NCBI GenBank assembly: GCA_963769885.1
Contig: CAVYNH010000004.1
Span: 256,001 to 320,000, forward strand
Source: Methanobacteriota archaeon
GTDB taxonomy: Archaea; Thermoplasmatota; E2; DHVEG-1
Length of the DNA: 64,000 nt
Direction: 5' to 3'
Part shown: in pieces, positions 8,981 through 17,896 of the stretch
Layout: each line of letters begins with the position of its first letter
Position numbering within the stretch: position 1 is the stretch's first letter
Made by a program: the position numbers and the translations under genes
Notes under the pieces: model-generated
Seen by the model: only the letters and a program-made list of their open reading frames with translations
Told to the model about the DNA's origin: nothing
Databases searched by the model: none

Positions 8981-9048
8981 TATGCCACCCCTATCAATCT
9001 CACTCATGTGTTTCGCCAACTATGAGTCTTTTTGATGGGGGTGGTATA
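8981..9048 (+). ncRNA. Candidate small hairpin RNA inside the transposon
   Basis: 17-bp stem whose only two non-Watson-Crick pairs are G-U on the + strand; inner 6-bp stem; TTTAAAAA about 25 nt upstream; T-run downstream. Confidence 0.45.
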
Positions 9049-9127
9049 TATAACCAATTTTTCTAAAAACAATATATAAAAGAAAAAGAAAAACTATATT
9101 AGATTAGATTAAATTTCTTATTCTAAA

Positions 9128-9889
9128 ATGCCGATTGCTCTAAGTGTATTTGGATTAGACGAAATAGAAGAGAAAATATTTTTAAATGAAACAAAAAAAA
9201 CCTTCTCTTTATCTGATTTCCAATCAAACCTAGATTCAATTGCGGAGATCAAAGATATCCAGCCAGCTACCACAACTTTCACTCGAACATCCTATAATCC
9301 TCAAACAAAACGAGCAAAGTATTATGTCGAGCATTGGACCGATACAAATAAAGAAATCATTCGTGCTTTCCTGAAAGACCCGGACGAATCAATTCTCTAT
9401 GCTGACCAACTTTTAAAACCATTAGCAACTCATAAATTTGAATATGGATTTCAAACCTTAGTTAAACTTAATATCATGATTGATTTCGTGGACAAAGAGA
9501 TTTTTGTTTTTATGAATAAAAGAATCGCTAAACAGATAATAAATCGTTTGGAGGCAGTAGGAGGTTTAAAATCTCTCCCTATTTTCTTGAACTTAAAAAA
9601 CATAAGTTAAAGTGCAGTTGTTCAAGATGTTAATATTGTGTGGGAAGATGAACTGGATGTTAATGTTAAAAAAATCGGATGGATAGGGGTTCAAGTTCAT
9701 AAAGATAAGAGAGTAGATTTAAGCAAAGCAACTGCAATAAAAGTCGAAATAATAAGCAATCAAAAAATCATCCCTGATGTTTTTATTTCTGATGATGCTA
9801 GATTAAGTTCATTGTCCCCTAATGTGGGCACAAGTGAAATGGTCCAGATTTATAAGATATTAAAGGAGAAGACCAAACAATTAAGTTAG
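9128..9889 (+). pseudogene. About 253-codon hypothetical gene interrupted by one in-frame TAA (9608-9610)
   Basis: ORFs 9128-9610 and 9638-9889 are in the same frame: ...KNIS*SAVVQDVNIVWEDEL... Confidence 0.65.
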
Positions 9890-10537
9890 TAGTTTTTTAA
9901 CAATTTCTTGAACCATTGATAATCCTTTAAAGTTAATGCTAACTGTGTTTTCCATTATTATTTTTATTTTAGTTTTAGATTCTTGGTCCTCCATATTGAT
10001 TATGTAATTCTCAATGACAAAGCCCTTTGGTTTTTTTATGCGAATTAATTTCCATTGAAAAGGAAGTTCTAGATCGAGTTTGCAATTCAACAAAGAACGA
10101 AAAATCTTTTTATTGATAAGACCTTCAAAATCAATTATTATCTCACTTATTTTTTTTGACAAATCTCTTAGTCCGGATTCCATTCTTTCAATTTCTACAT
10201 AGACCTCTTTGATAGATACTTTAAAAACAATAACAGAATAATGGCTATTGGAAAAATCAAGTTTTATTTCATTGTCAATTTTTTTTGTTCCTTCACCAAA
10301 CATTGAATGTACTTCATTTTTTATAATATTAAAATCAGTCTCTGTTTCAAAAGTAAAAATCAACCTAGCATTCGCTCCTTTATTTGTAACGATAGCCCAT
10401 TTTTTTCTTAGTCTATTTAAAAGATCATATTTGTCTTCTATAAGTAAACCTATTATCGAACCCACACAAGTAGTAATGATTAGAATAAAGCCGACATATG
10501 TATTAACAAACTCTACTATTGAATTAAAGTCAGTCAG
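9881..10537 (-). CDS. Hypothetical protein with N-terminal TM helix (probable CTG start at 10537; GTG at 10465)
   Basis: Frame stays open upstream of 10465 and completes a TM segment (YVGFILIITTCVGSIIGLLI); GGTGA SD; overlaps the upstream stop as CTGA. Confidence 0.65.
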   Translation of the reverse strand: MTDFNSIVEFVNTYVGFILIITTCVGSIIGLLIEDKYDLLNRLRKKWAIVTNKGANARLIFTFETETDFNIIKNEVHSMFGEGTKKIDNEIKLDFSNSHYSVIVFKVSIKEVYVEIERMESGLRDLSKKISEIIIDFEGLINKKIFRSLLNCKLDLELPFQWKLIRIKKPKGFVIENYIINMEDQESKTKIKIIMENTVSINFKGLSMVQEIVKKLLT

Positions 10538-10734
10538 CCTTTTTCACCTTCGTTATTTTCCTTGTTTTGTGCTTTTTCAAGGAGTTCGACTTTTTGTAAT
10601 TCGATAAGTCGTAGTCGTAATGTCTCGTGAACAAATTCGCTTGAATCTCTATAAAGAAACCTTTTGTTATTTACAATTTCATTGATTTTTTTATGAATTT
10701 CAATATCTAAGTTTAGGGTCTTATATTTCGCCAT
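10534..10734 (-). CDS. Ribbon-helix-helix (CopG/Arc-like) regulator, divergent from the transposase
   Basis: YKTLNLD...KKINEIV...YRDSSEFVHETLR pattern. Confidence 0.7.
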   Translation of the reverse strand: MAKYKTLNLDIEIHKKINEIVNNKRFLYRDSSEFVHETLRLRLIELQKVELLEKAQNKENNEGEKG

Positions 10735-10814
10735 AACACATATATGGCTTATATATATGTTATACTATTTAAGTATATTTAGATACCTTTAAATAGAGAT
10801 TGTAATATGTAATA

Positions 10815-11999
10815 TTGGCGAAATACATGAGTGAACGAATAGACATTAAAGAAATGGTGAATGCTCGAAGAGCACGAGGCATGATTCTCCTTGAAAACGG
10901 ATTTGAACCAAAGGAAATTAACTCGAAGACATGGATTGTCCCAAGCCAAACAGGGAACGGCACATATACGGTTCATTATGCGGATGATGAACGGACCATT
11001 TGGAGATGCACCTGCAAAGACTTTGAAATTCGAGGGCTCCCATGTAAACATATCAATGCCGTGAAAATCTGGAAAAATCTCCATGATAGATTCGAGCAAC
11101 TAAACCTTAAAGTGAAACAAAGCATCAGCCTTGGAAACACTGAGACTCAAGGATGCAAATTCTGCCATTCATCAGACATCACAAGATACGGCGTGAAAAA
11201 CGGGAAGCAAGTCTATTTCTGTAAATCATGCAATCGAAGATTCGTGAACAATATTGATTTTGAAAACATGAAGTACAACCCTAAGATAATCGCCTTGACG
11301 CTTGATCTCTATTTCAAAGGGATAAGCCTTCGGAAAATCAGCCACCACCTCAAGCAGTTCTATAATCTGAATATCAGCCACAAGTCCGTGTACAATTGGA
11401 TAGAGAAGTACGTAGGAATCATGAATGAGTATGTGAACAGTATTCAACCTGATATTGGGGGCGTGTGGCATACTGATGAGATGATGGTGAAGGTGGATGG
11501 TTCCTGGGAGTATCTCTGGAATGTAATTGATGAAAGCACTCGATTCCAGCTTGCATCTATCGTTTCAAAGGAACGTCACGTTAGGGATGCACGCATGGTG
11601 TTCCAGAAGGCGAAGAAGAATGCTGGAGGAAGGAAACCAAAGTACTTAGTCACGGATGGACTATTAGCATATCGTGAGGCCGTCAATAAGGAGTTTAATA
11701 CGAATCACGGCAATATTGAGCATCTTTGGAATGTAGGGATACAACATCACCCGAACAACAACCATGTAGAACGGTTACATGGCACTATCCGCCAACGGGA
11801 AAAAGTCATACGAGGAATGAAGATAGAAGAGACTCCGATTATCGAGGGACATAGGTTATACTATAATTTCATCAAGCCCCATGAGGCGTTGAACGGAAAG
11901 ACACCATCAGAAGAAGCAGGGATAACCATCGAAGGGGAAGATAAATGGCTTACTCTCATGAAGAAATCAATTCAATATCAGAAGGCGAATAAACAATAA
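10815..11999 (+). CDS. IS6-family DDE transposase with N-terminal SWIM zinc finger and zinc ribbon
   Basis: CTC...CKH (SWIM), CKFC...CKSC, HTH (SLRKISHHL...SVYNWI), WHTDE...LVTDG...NNHVERLH. Confidence 0.9.
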   Translation: MAKYMSERIDIKEMVNARRARGMILLENGFEPKEINSKTWIVPSQTGNGTYTVHYADDERTIWRCTCKDFEIRGLPCKHINAVKIWKNLHDRFEQLNLKVKQSISLGNTETQGCKFCHSSDITRYGVKNGKQVYFCKSCNRRFVNNIDFENMKYNPKIIALTLDLYFKGISLRKISHHLKQFYNLNISHKSVYNWIEKYVGIMNEYVNSIQPDIGGVWHTDEMMVKVDGSWEYLWNVIDESTRFQLASIVSKERHVRDARMVFQKAKKNAGGRKPKYLVTDGLLAYREAVNKEFNTNHGNIEHLWNVGIQHHPNNNHVERLHGTIRQREKVIRGMKIEETPIIEGHRLYYNFIKPHEALNGKTPSEEAGITIEGEDKWLTLMKKSIQYQKANKQ

Positions 12000-12059
12000 C
12001 CCCTTCTTTTTTTCTTTTGCCAAAATTAAAGAAGAATCGAACAATATCGAATATCAGTT

Positions 12060-14885
12060 ATGGAAGATGACCTTGTTAAACAAAAAGTACAATCACTCAT
12101 AGATGATTTCAGAAGTAATTATAACGAATACAAGAAAGAATCCGAAGCTAGTATAGAAACAAAACTAATTGAACCACTCTTCAAATGTTTAGGTTGGACT
12201 GAAAAAGATTTTAGCAAACGAGAACGAACACAACGAGAAGGCAAACTAGGTTTTGCGGATTACACGTTCTACATAAAAGATAAGAAAGTATTTTTCCTCG
12301 AAGTAAAAAAGATTGGAGTGCCGTTAGACAAAGAGGCAGATGCACAAGTCGTATCTTATGCTCTATCAAAATCTGTTTCCATCGCAATCTCGACGAATTT
12401 CGAACAGCTCAAAGTGTTTTGTGTCGAAGAAGAGAATTTAGATAAAAGAATGATTTCAATCTTCAAAACACCAGAAGATTACCTTGACAAATTCTATGAT
12501 TTGATTTTACTTTCTAAGTCTAGTTTTGAACAAGATCTCTTAATGAAAAAAGCTGAAGACCTTAATCTATTAAAAAAACGGATAACCATAGATAAACCAC
12601 TTCTTGACAACCTAATTCTTATCCGTAAGTTCATTGCTGATGATATAGAGAAAAAATATTCAGGGAAATATCAACCCAATGAAAAAGAAGAGATCATACA
12701 AAGAATTATCGACAGACTGATTTTCATCAGGAAATGCGAGGACACAGGAATTAACCCAGAGAACCTGACCCTAAAAGATGTCCTCACAGTAACTGATGAA
12801 AAAGCATACAAAAAATTAAAAGAGATATTCGAAGAATACAATACTCGATACAATAGTGGATTATTCGCCATCGATAAAGACAATGAATGCGATAGGATAC
12901 AGATAACTGGAGATATAATTAAAAAACTCATTGGATATCTCTACATTTCCAGAAACGGAGGATACCACTATAATTTCGAATGGATACCTGCCGATATTCT
13001 TGGACAAGTCTATGAACAATACCTTGGAAAGATACTAGAACAAACAAAATCAGGTAAAGCCAAACTAACAAATGGACAGGTACATCGAAAGGAACAAGGC
13101 ATTTATTATACGCCTACCTTTGTCGTTGATTATATCGTAAAAACTACAGTTGGAGAAGTGTTGAAGAATAAAAAAGTAAAAGTAAAGGAATTAAAAATAT
13201 TGGACCCTGCTTGTGGCTCGGGTTCTTTCTTAATCAAAGCTTTTGATTATATCTACCGAAATCAATCAACCGGGGATTCTCAACAATATAGAATTGACGG
13301 TCAAGGGCAGTATTCTGTTAAAACAGAGATACTGAAAAATAATCTGTACGGAGTGGATTTAGATAATAAAGCAATAGAAATAACCAAGTTAAATTTACTC
13401 TTAAAAGCAGCGGAGAAAGGAAGACGTTTACCTGTAGAGATTGACATCAACATAAGACAAGGAAATTCATTAATCGACGACGAATCAATTGCAGGATTGA
13501 ATGCTTTTAAGTGGACCGACAAAACAAAAAATAAGGACAACAGGAAATTTGACGTAGTTATTGGAAATCCGCCTTATATCAAGGTAGAACAAATTAAAAA
13601 AGAAGAAAAAGAATGGATTTATCAAAATTTTGAAAACGCTACTGGAAGAACTGATTTATACGTACTTTTTTTAGAGAAAGCATTAGAGCTAACAAAGGAC
13701 GACGGCCTAATCTCTTTCATTATTCCAAGTATATGGATGAAAGCGAAATATGGAGAAAAACTAAGAGAGAATTTGGTAAGAAACTATCAGATAAAATCAA
13801 TCATCGACTTCGGCGATCTTAAGGTCTTTGAAAGTGTCACCACTTATCCATGTATCATTTTGATTAAAAAGAAGAAACCAACTGGAAACGACACCATCAT
13901 CTATTATAAAGTTCCTAGTTTGAATGAATCAATAATTAACAATCTTGAAAATGCTATAAAAAAGGACTCTTGGATGATTAGGCAAAAAGAATTTGATTGG
14001 AACTTTGCAAATCCACAGGTAAAAAAAATATTCGATAAATTAAACAAATCATCAAAAATCAGGCTAAGTGACCTAAGAGACCAAATTTATGAAGGTTTGA
14101 TTACCGGAGATAACAAGGCTTTTTTTGTTGATAGAGAGACAGTAGAAACAAAAAATCTCGAAAGGGAATTGTTAAAACCTGTTCCAAAAGGAAAAAACAT
14201 CAGACGTTTTTCAATTCGGTGGGAAAAAGAATATGTCATATATCCTTACAAACAGAATATGCTTAAGACTGAACCTGTTAATATCAAAGAATATCCAAAC
14301 GTAAATTCTTACCTTGCTGAATTTGAAAAAAAGCTCACAGCTAGAACCTCAATTAAAGGGACTAACAAAAAATGGTTTGAACATGTTCGTCCTAGAGAAA
14401 AATGGTGGTTTGAAAAACAAAAAATCTTAACTCCAAACCTATCATCAAGTAACAACTTTGCTATTGACGAAGGACGTTCAAATGAATATTTTTATGTTGA
14501 CCATGATGCATATGCGATTACGCTAAAAACAAATAGCAGAGAAGATTTATTGTTTATTTGTGGGCTTCTTAATTCATCTCTTATAGAGTTTTACATTAAG
14601 CAGATAAGTCCTATGTTCTCAGGTGGATATTACAAATATCATACTCAATATCTTGATCCAATCCCGATAATTAAACCATCTAAAAAAGAAGAAATCAGAT
14701 TCGTGAAATTAGTCGAGAGGATTATTCTTCTGAATAAAACATTAACAAAGATTGGCGATAAAAAGACTGCCGAAAGTGCAAAACTCGAAGAAGAAATTAA
14801 GAAAGTTGATAATCAAATCGATGAACTTGTTTTTGACCTCTACCATTTGACCAAAGACGAAAAGGAGATTATTAAAAAATCTTAA
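12060..14885 (+). CDS. Type IIG restriction-modification fusion (nuclease, N6-adenine MTase and TRD)
   Basis: N-terminal ADY...EVKK nuclease; GIYYTP, LDPACGSGSFL and GNPPY; TaqI-C-like C-terminus. Confidence 0.9.
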   Translation: MEDDLVKQKVQSLIDDFRSNYNEYKKESEASIETKLIEPLFKCLGWTEKDFSKRERTQREGKLGFADYTFYIKDKKVFFLEVKKIGVPLDKEADAQVVSYALSKSVSIAISTNFEQLKVFCVEEENLDKRMISIFKTPEDYLDKFYDLILLSKSSFEQDLLMKKAEDLNLLKKRITIDKPLLDNLILIRKFIADDIEKKYSGKYQPNEKEEIIQRIIDRLIFIRKCEDTGINPENLTLKDVLTVTDEKAYKKLKEIFEEYNTRYNSGLFAIDKDNECDRIQITGDIIKKLIGYLYISRNGGYHYNFEWIPADILGQVYEQYLGKILEQTKSGKAKLTNGQVHRKEQGIYYTPTFVVDYIVKTTVGEVLKNKKVKVKELKILDPACGSGSFLIKAFDYIYRNQSTGDSQQYRIDGQGQYSVKTEILKNNLYGVDLDNKAIEITKLNLLLKAAEKGRRLPVEIDINIRQGNSLIDDESIAGLNAFKWTDKTKNKDNRKFDVVIGNPPYIKVEQIKKEEKEWIYQNFENATGRTDLYVLFLEKALELTKDDGLISFIIPSIWMKAKYGEKLRENLVRNYQIKSIIDFGDLKVFESVTTYPCIILIKKKKPTGNDTIIYYKVPSLNESIINNLENAIKKDSWMIRQKEFDWNFANPQVKKIFDKLNKSSKIRLSDLRDQIYEGLITGDNKAFFVDRETVETKNLERELLKPVPKGKNIRRFSIRWEKEYVIYPYKQNMLKTEPVNIKEYPNVNSYLAEFEKKLTARTSIKGTNKKWFEHVRPREKWWFEKQKILTPNLSSSNNFAIDEGRSNEYFYVDHDAYAITLKTNSREDLLFICGLLNSSLIEFYIKQISPMFSGGYYKYHTQYLDPIPIIKPSKKEEIRFVKLVERIILLNKTLTKIGDKKTAESAKLEEEIKKVDNQIDELVFDLYHLTKDEKEIIKKS

Positions 14886-15430
14886 AGACTAAATATTTTA
14901 ATCTCTTTTATTTTTTCATTGACATTTTCAGGAGAGCAACATGGTAAATATTTTTCTGCATTCTTACAAAAAATCGAATCAGTAGAAACTAAGAGGTCAC
15001 AACCTACTTCTAATGCTGTTGCGAGATGAATCGAATCAGAAGCAGAAAGATTAGACTCTTTGCAAATCTTTATTGCCTTTTCGATGGCTACTTCATCTAA
15101 CCAATAAAATTGTACAAATTTATATGGAGTGAAAAACCTGTTTTTGATTTTTGTATAAATTAATTCTAGGGTCTTATCTGATAAATCTTTATCATCCCTT
15201 TTTCTTAAAATTTTTTTAAATGTCCATCCTTCTTTGATTTTTTCATAGATAAATTCATTATCCTTCTGCACACTTAAAGCTTCCATTAATGCAAATTGAG
15301 ATGTAATACAGTCCCATCCATTATTTTTTATTTCCTCTATCAGGTCAATGGAAGGAGTATGTATGCCTTGGACAATGTCAACAATGATGTTTGTATCTAT
15401 GTAAATCTTGGGTTTTATGAATACTTCCAT
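14882..15430 (-). CDS. PIN-domain (VapC-like) nuclease
   Basis: IYIDTNI...EA...DSIHLATA...LVSTD acidic PIN motifs. Confidence 0.85.
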   Translation of the reverse strand: MEVFIKPKIYIDTNIIVDIVQGIHTPSIDLIEEIKNNGWDCITSQFALMEALSVQKDNEFIYEKIKEGWTFKKILRKRDDKDLSDKTLELIYTKIKNRFFTPYKFVQFYWLDEVAIEKAIKICKESNLSASDSIHLATALEVGCDLLVSTDSIFCKNAEKYLPCCSPENVNEKIKEIKIFSL

Positions 15431-15432
15431 AA

Positions 15433-15591
15433 TTAAAATCTTGGCCTTCTTTTTTTGACATGTCTTGATGGTTTCCTTCTTCTACTGAAAAAAACTTTAT
15501 TGGAACTTATAGATTGACCATCCATAGTCTCCTCTGCCTTGCCTTCTGAATAATTAATCTCTGATTTATCATTTTCCTTTTTGTCGGCCAT
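15433..15591 (-). CDS. 52-aa ORF directly upstream of the PIN gene (possible antitoxin)
   Basis: MADKKENDKSEINYSEGKAEETMDGQSISSNKVFFSRRRKPSRHVKKRRPRF*, ending 2 nt before the PIN ATG. Confidence 0.5.
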   Translation of the reverse strand: MADKKENDKSEINYSEGKAEETMDGQSISSNKVFFSRRRKPSRHVKKRRPRF

Positions 15592-15609
15592 ACCTGTTAC
15601 CACTCTTGA

Positions 15610-15650
15610 TTTCCCACTACTAAATTCCCACTACTCCCTTACACAGAACC
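15610..15650 (-). repeat. Right terminal inverted repeat
   Basis: Reverse complement reads GGTTCTGTGTAAGGGAGTAGTGGGAATTTAGTAGTGGGAAA. Confidence 0.9.
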
Positions 15651-15658
15651 CACCCCAA
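15651..15658. repeat. Right target-site duplication CACCCCAA
   Basis: Identical to 8428-8435. Confidence 0.9.
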
Positions 15659-15671
15659 CAAGGTTTATATA
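15657..15671 (+). promoter_or_regulatory. BRE/TATA promoter of the ribosomal protein operon
   Basis: Purine-rich AACAAGG followed by TTTATATA (15664-15671), about 200 nt before rpl3. Confidence 0.65.
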
Positions 15672-15867
15672 CCAAATCCGGTATGCCAAGTAATCCTGGT
15701 CCTAACCAGACACGCATCCGGGCAATACCCACCACGGGCACCCCCGGCAAACAACGACCCACCAATCACTTCTTGGGCCGCGGCGGACATGTCACGGTTA
15801 GCGACACACACCACAGCAGGAAACCGAAGGAAACTTCAGTCTTCCAACTCACGGCAGAGGATACATT

Positions 15868-16860
15868 ATGCCAAACATCCACCATCCAAAAAGAGGCTCC
15901 CATGGATACTGGCCCCGCAAACGCGCCGCCAGCCAAACCCCCCACATCCAACGCTGGATCCAGGGCGGCGACAAACCCAAACTCCAAGCCTTCTTCGGAT
16001 ACAAAGCCGGCATGACCCACGCCTTCGTCGTCGACTACCGACCCACCAGCACCACCAGCGGCCGCGAAGTCAAAGTCCCCGTCACCGTCGTCGAAACCCC
16101 CCCTATGAGAATCGCCGCCATCCGCGCCTACCAACGCGACGCCTACGGCCTCCACGTCACCTACGAAACCTGGGCAGACAACCTCGAACCAGAACTCAAC
16201 CGACGCATCCCCATGCCTAAGAAAAAAACCCAGGCTCCAAAAGAGATCCCCACCGACGCCGAAGAAATCCGCGTCATCACCTACACCCAACCCAAACTCG
16301 TCACCGGCGTCCCCAAAAAAGCCCCCGAGATCACCGAAGTCAAAATCGGCGGCGGCACCATCCAAGACCAGATCACCTACGCTAAAAGCATCCTCGGCAA
16401 AGAACTCAAAATCAGCGACGTCGTCAGCGAAGGCGACATGCTCGACACCATCGCCGTCACCAAAGGCAAAGGATTCCAAGGCACCATCAAGCGCCACAAC
16501 GTCAAACTCCTCTTCCACAAAAACAGCAAACACCGACGCCTCATCGGCACCGCAGGCTCCTGGCACCCCAGCTACGTCCAAGCCACCGTCCCCCAGGCGG
16601 GACAAATGGGCTACGCCCAACGCACCGAATACAACAAGCGCGTCCTGAAGATCGGCGACAACGGCACCGAGATCACCCCCGCCGGCGGCTTCCCCAAATA
16701 CGGCGTCGTCCGCAACTCCTACATCCTCCTCCACGGCAGCATCCCCGGGCCCACCAAACGCCTCATCGGACTCCGAGACGCCATCCGCTACCAGCGCGGC
16801 GTCAAAGTCCAAAAACCAGAGGTCACCTTCATCTCAGTCAGCAGCAAACAAGGAGTGTAA
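15868..16860 (+). CDS. rpl3: 50S ribosomal protein L3 (uL3)
   Basis: PKRGSHGYWPRKRA, GYKAGMTH, KGKGFQG, AGQMGY. Confidence 0.97.
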   Translation: MPNIHHPKRGSHGYWPRKRAASQTPHIQRWIQGGDKPKLQAFFGYKAGMTHAFVVDYRPTSTTSGREVKVPVTVVETPPMRIAAIRAYQRDAYGLHVTYETWADNLEPELNRRIPMPKKKTQAPKEIPTDAEEIRVITYTQPKLVTGVPKKAPEITEVKIGGGTIQDQITYAKSILGKELKISDVVSEGDMLDTIAVTKGKGFQGTIKRHNVKLLFHKNSKHRRLIGTAGSWHPSYVQATVPQAGQMGYAQRTEYNKRVLKIGDNGTEITPAGGFPKYGVVRNSYILLHGSIPGPTKRLIGLRDAIRYQRGVKVQKPEVTFISVSSKQGV

Positions 16861-16863
16861 TCC

Positions 16864-17625
16864 ATGACGAAGATCAACGTCTACGGCATCGACGGCACGG
16901 TGAAAGAACAGATCACCCTCCCCAAGGTCTTCACCACCACCTACCGCCCAGACATCATCAAGAAATCCTTCGAAGTCACCCATTCCAACCAGCGACAGCC
17001 CTACGGCACCGACAAACTCGCCGGCCTCCGGCACGCCGTCGCCTCGGTCGGCAAAGGACGAGGCATGAGCCGCGTCCCCCGCCTCAGCCAGGGAAAAAAC
17101 GCCGCCCTCGCCCCTAGCGTCGTCGGCGGCAGACGCGCCCACCCACCCAAAGCGGAACGCAACTGGAAAGAAAAGATGAACAAAAAAGAACAACAGCTCG
17201 CCCGCAACAGCGCCCTCGCCGCAACCGCGGACAAGACCATCGTCACCGCACGCGGACACGCCTTCAAGGACGACATCACCCTTCCCATCGTCGTCGACGA
17301 CACCTTTGAAACACTCGCCAAGGTAAAAGACGTCATCGCCGCATTTGACAAGATCGGCATCTACAGCGACGTCCTCCGCGCCGAGAACGGCAAACACATC
17401 CGCGCCGGCAAGGGCAAGATGCGCGACCGCAAATACCGCATCCCGAAATCAATCCTCATCATCTCCACGAACGAAATCCTCGCTCGCAGCTCCAAGAACC
17501 TCACTGGCGTCGACGTCACGAAGCCCGCGCAGCTGAACATCGAGCTCCTCGCCCCCGGCGGCACCGCCGGCAGACTCACCCTCATCACCAAAGCCGCGCT
17601 CGCCAAACTCGGAGGTGCCAAGTAA
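16864..17625 (+). CDS. rpl4: 50S ribosomal protein L4 (uL4)
   Basis: GRGMSRVPR, GGRRAHPPK, LAPGG. Confidence 0.97.
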   Translation: MTKINVYGIDGTVKEQITLPKVFTTTYRPDIIKKSFEVTHSNQRQPYGTDKLAGLRHAVASVGKGRGMSRVPRLSQGKNAALAPSVVGGRRAHPPKAERNWKEKMNKKEQQLARNSALAATADKTIVTARGHAFKDDITLPIVVDDTFETLAKVKDVIAAFDKIGIYSDVLRAENGKHIRAGKGKMRDRKYRIPKSILIISTNEILARSSKNLTGVDVTKPAQLNIELLAPGGTAGRLTLITKAALAKLGGAK

Positions 17626-17626
17626 C

Positions 17627-17884
17627 ATGGACCCCTACGCCATCGTCCTCTACCCCCACGTCACTGAGAAAACCATGATGCAGATGGAACAGAAGAACGC
17701 TCTCGAGTTCATCGTCCGACGCACCGCGGCAAAGGCGCAGATCAAGGCCGCCGTCGAAAAAATGTTCGACGTCAAAGTCAAGAGCGTCAACACCCGCATC
17801 ACCAAAATCGGCAAACACGCCACCGTCATCTTCATGCCAGAGTTCAAGGCAGAGGACATCGGCATGCGCATAGGAGTCTTCTAA
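17627..17884 (+). CDS. rpl23: 50S ribosomal protein L23
   Basis: PHVTEK...VEKMFDVKVKSVNT. Confidence 0.95.
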   Translation: MDPYAIVLYPHVTEKTMMQMEQKNALEFIVRRTAAKAQIKAAVEKMFDVKVKSVNTRITKIGKHATVIFMPEFKAEDIGMRIGVF

Positions 17885-17896
17885 AGAGGTGAACCC

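Larger units (their letters stand above)
8436..15650. mobile_element. 7,215-bp IS6-family cargo transposon (single internal transposase, defence-type passengers)
   Basis: GGTTCTGT-type TIRs, 8-bp TSD, DDE transposase and a sharp drop in GC content. Confidence 0.9.
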
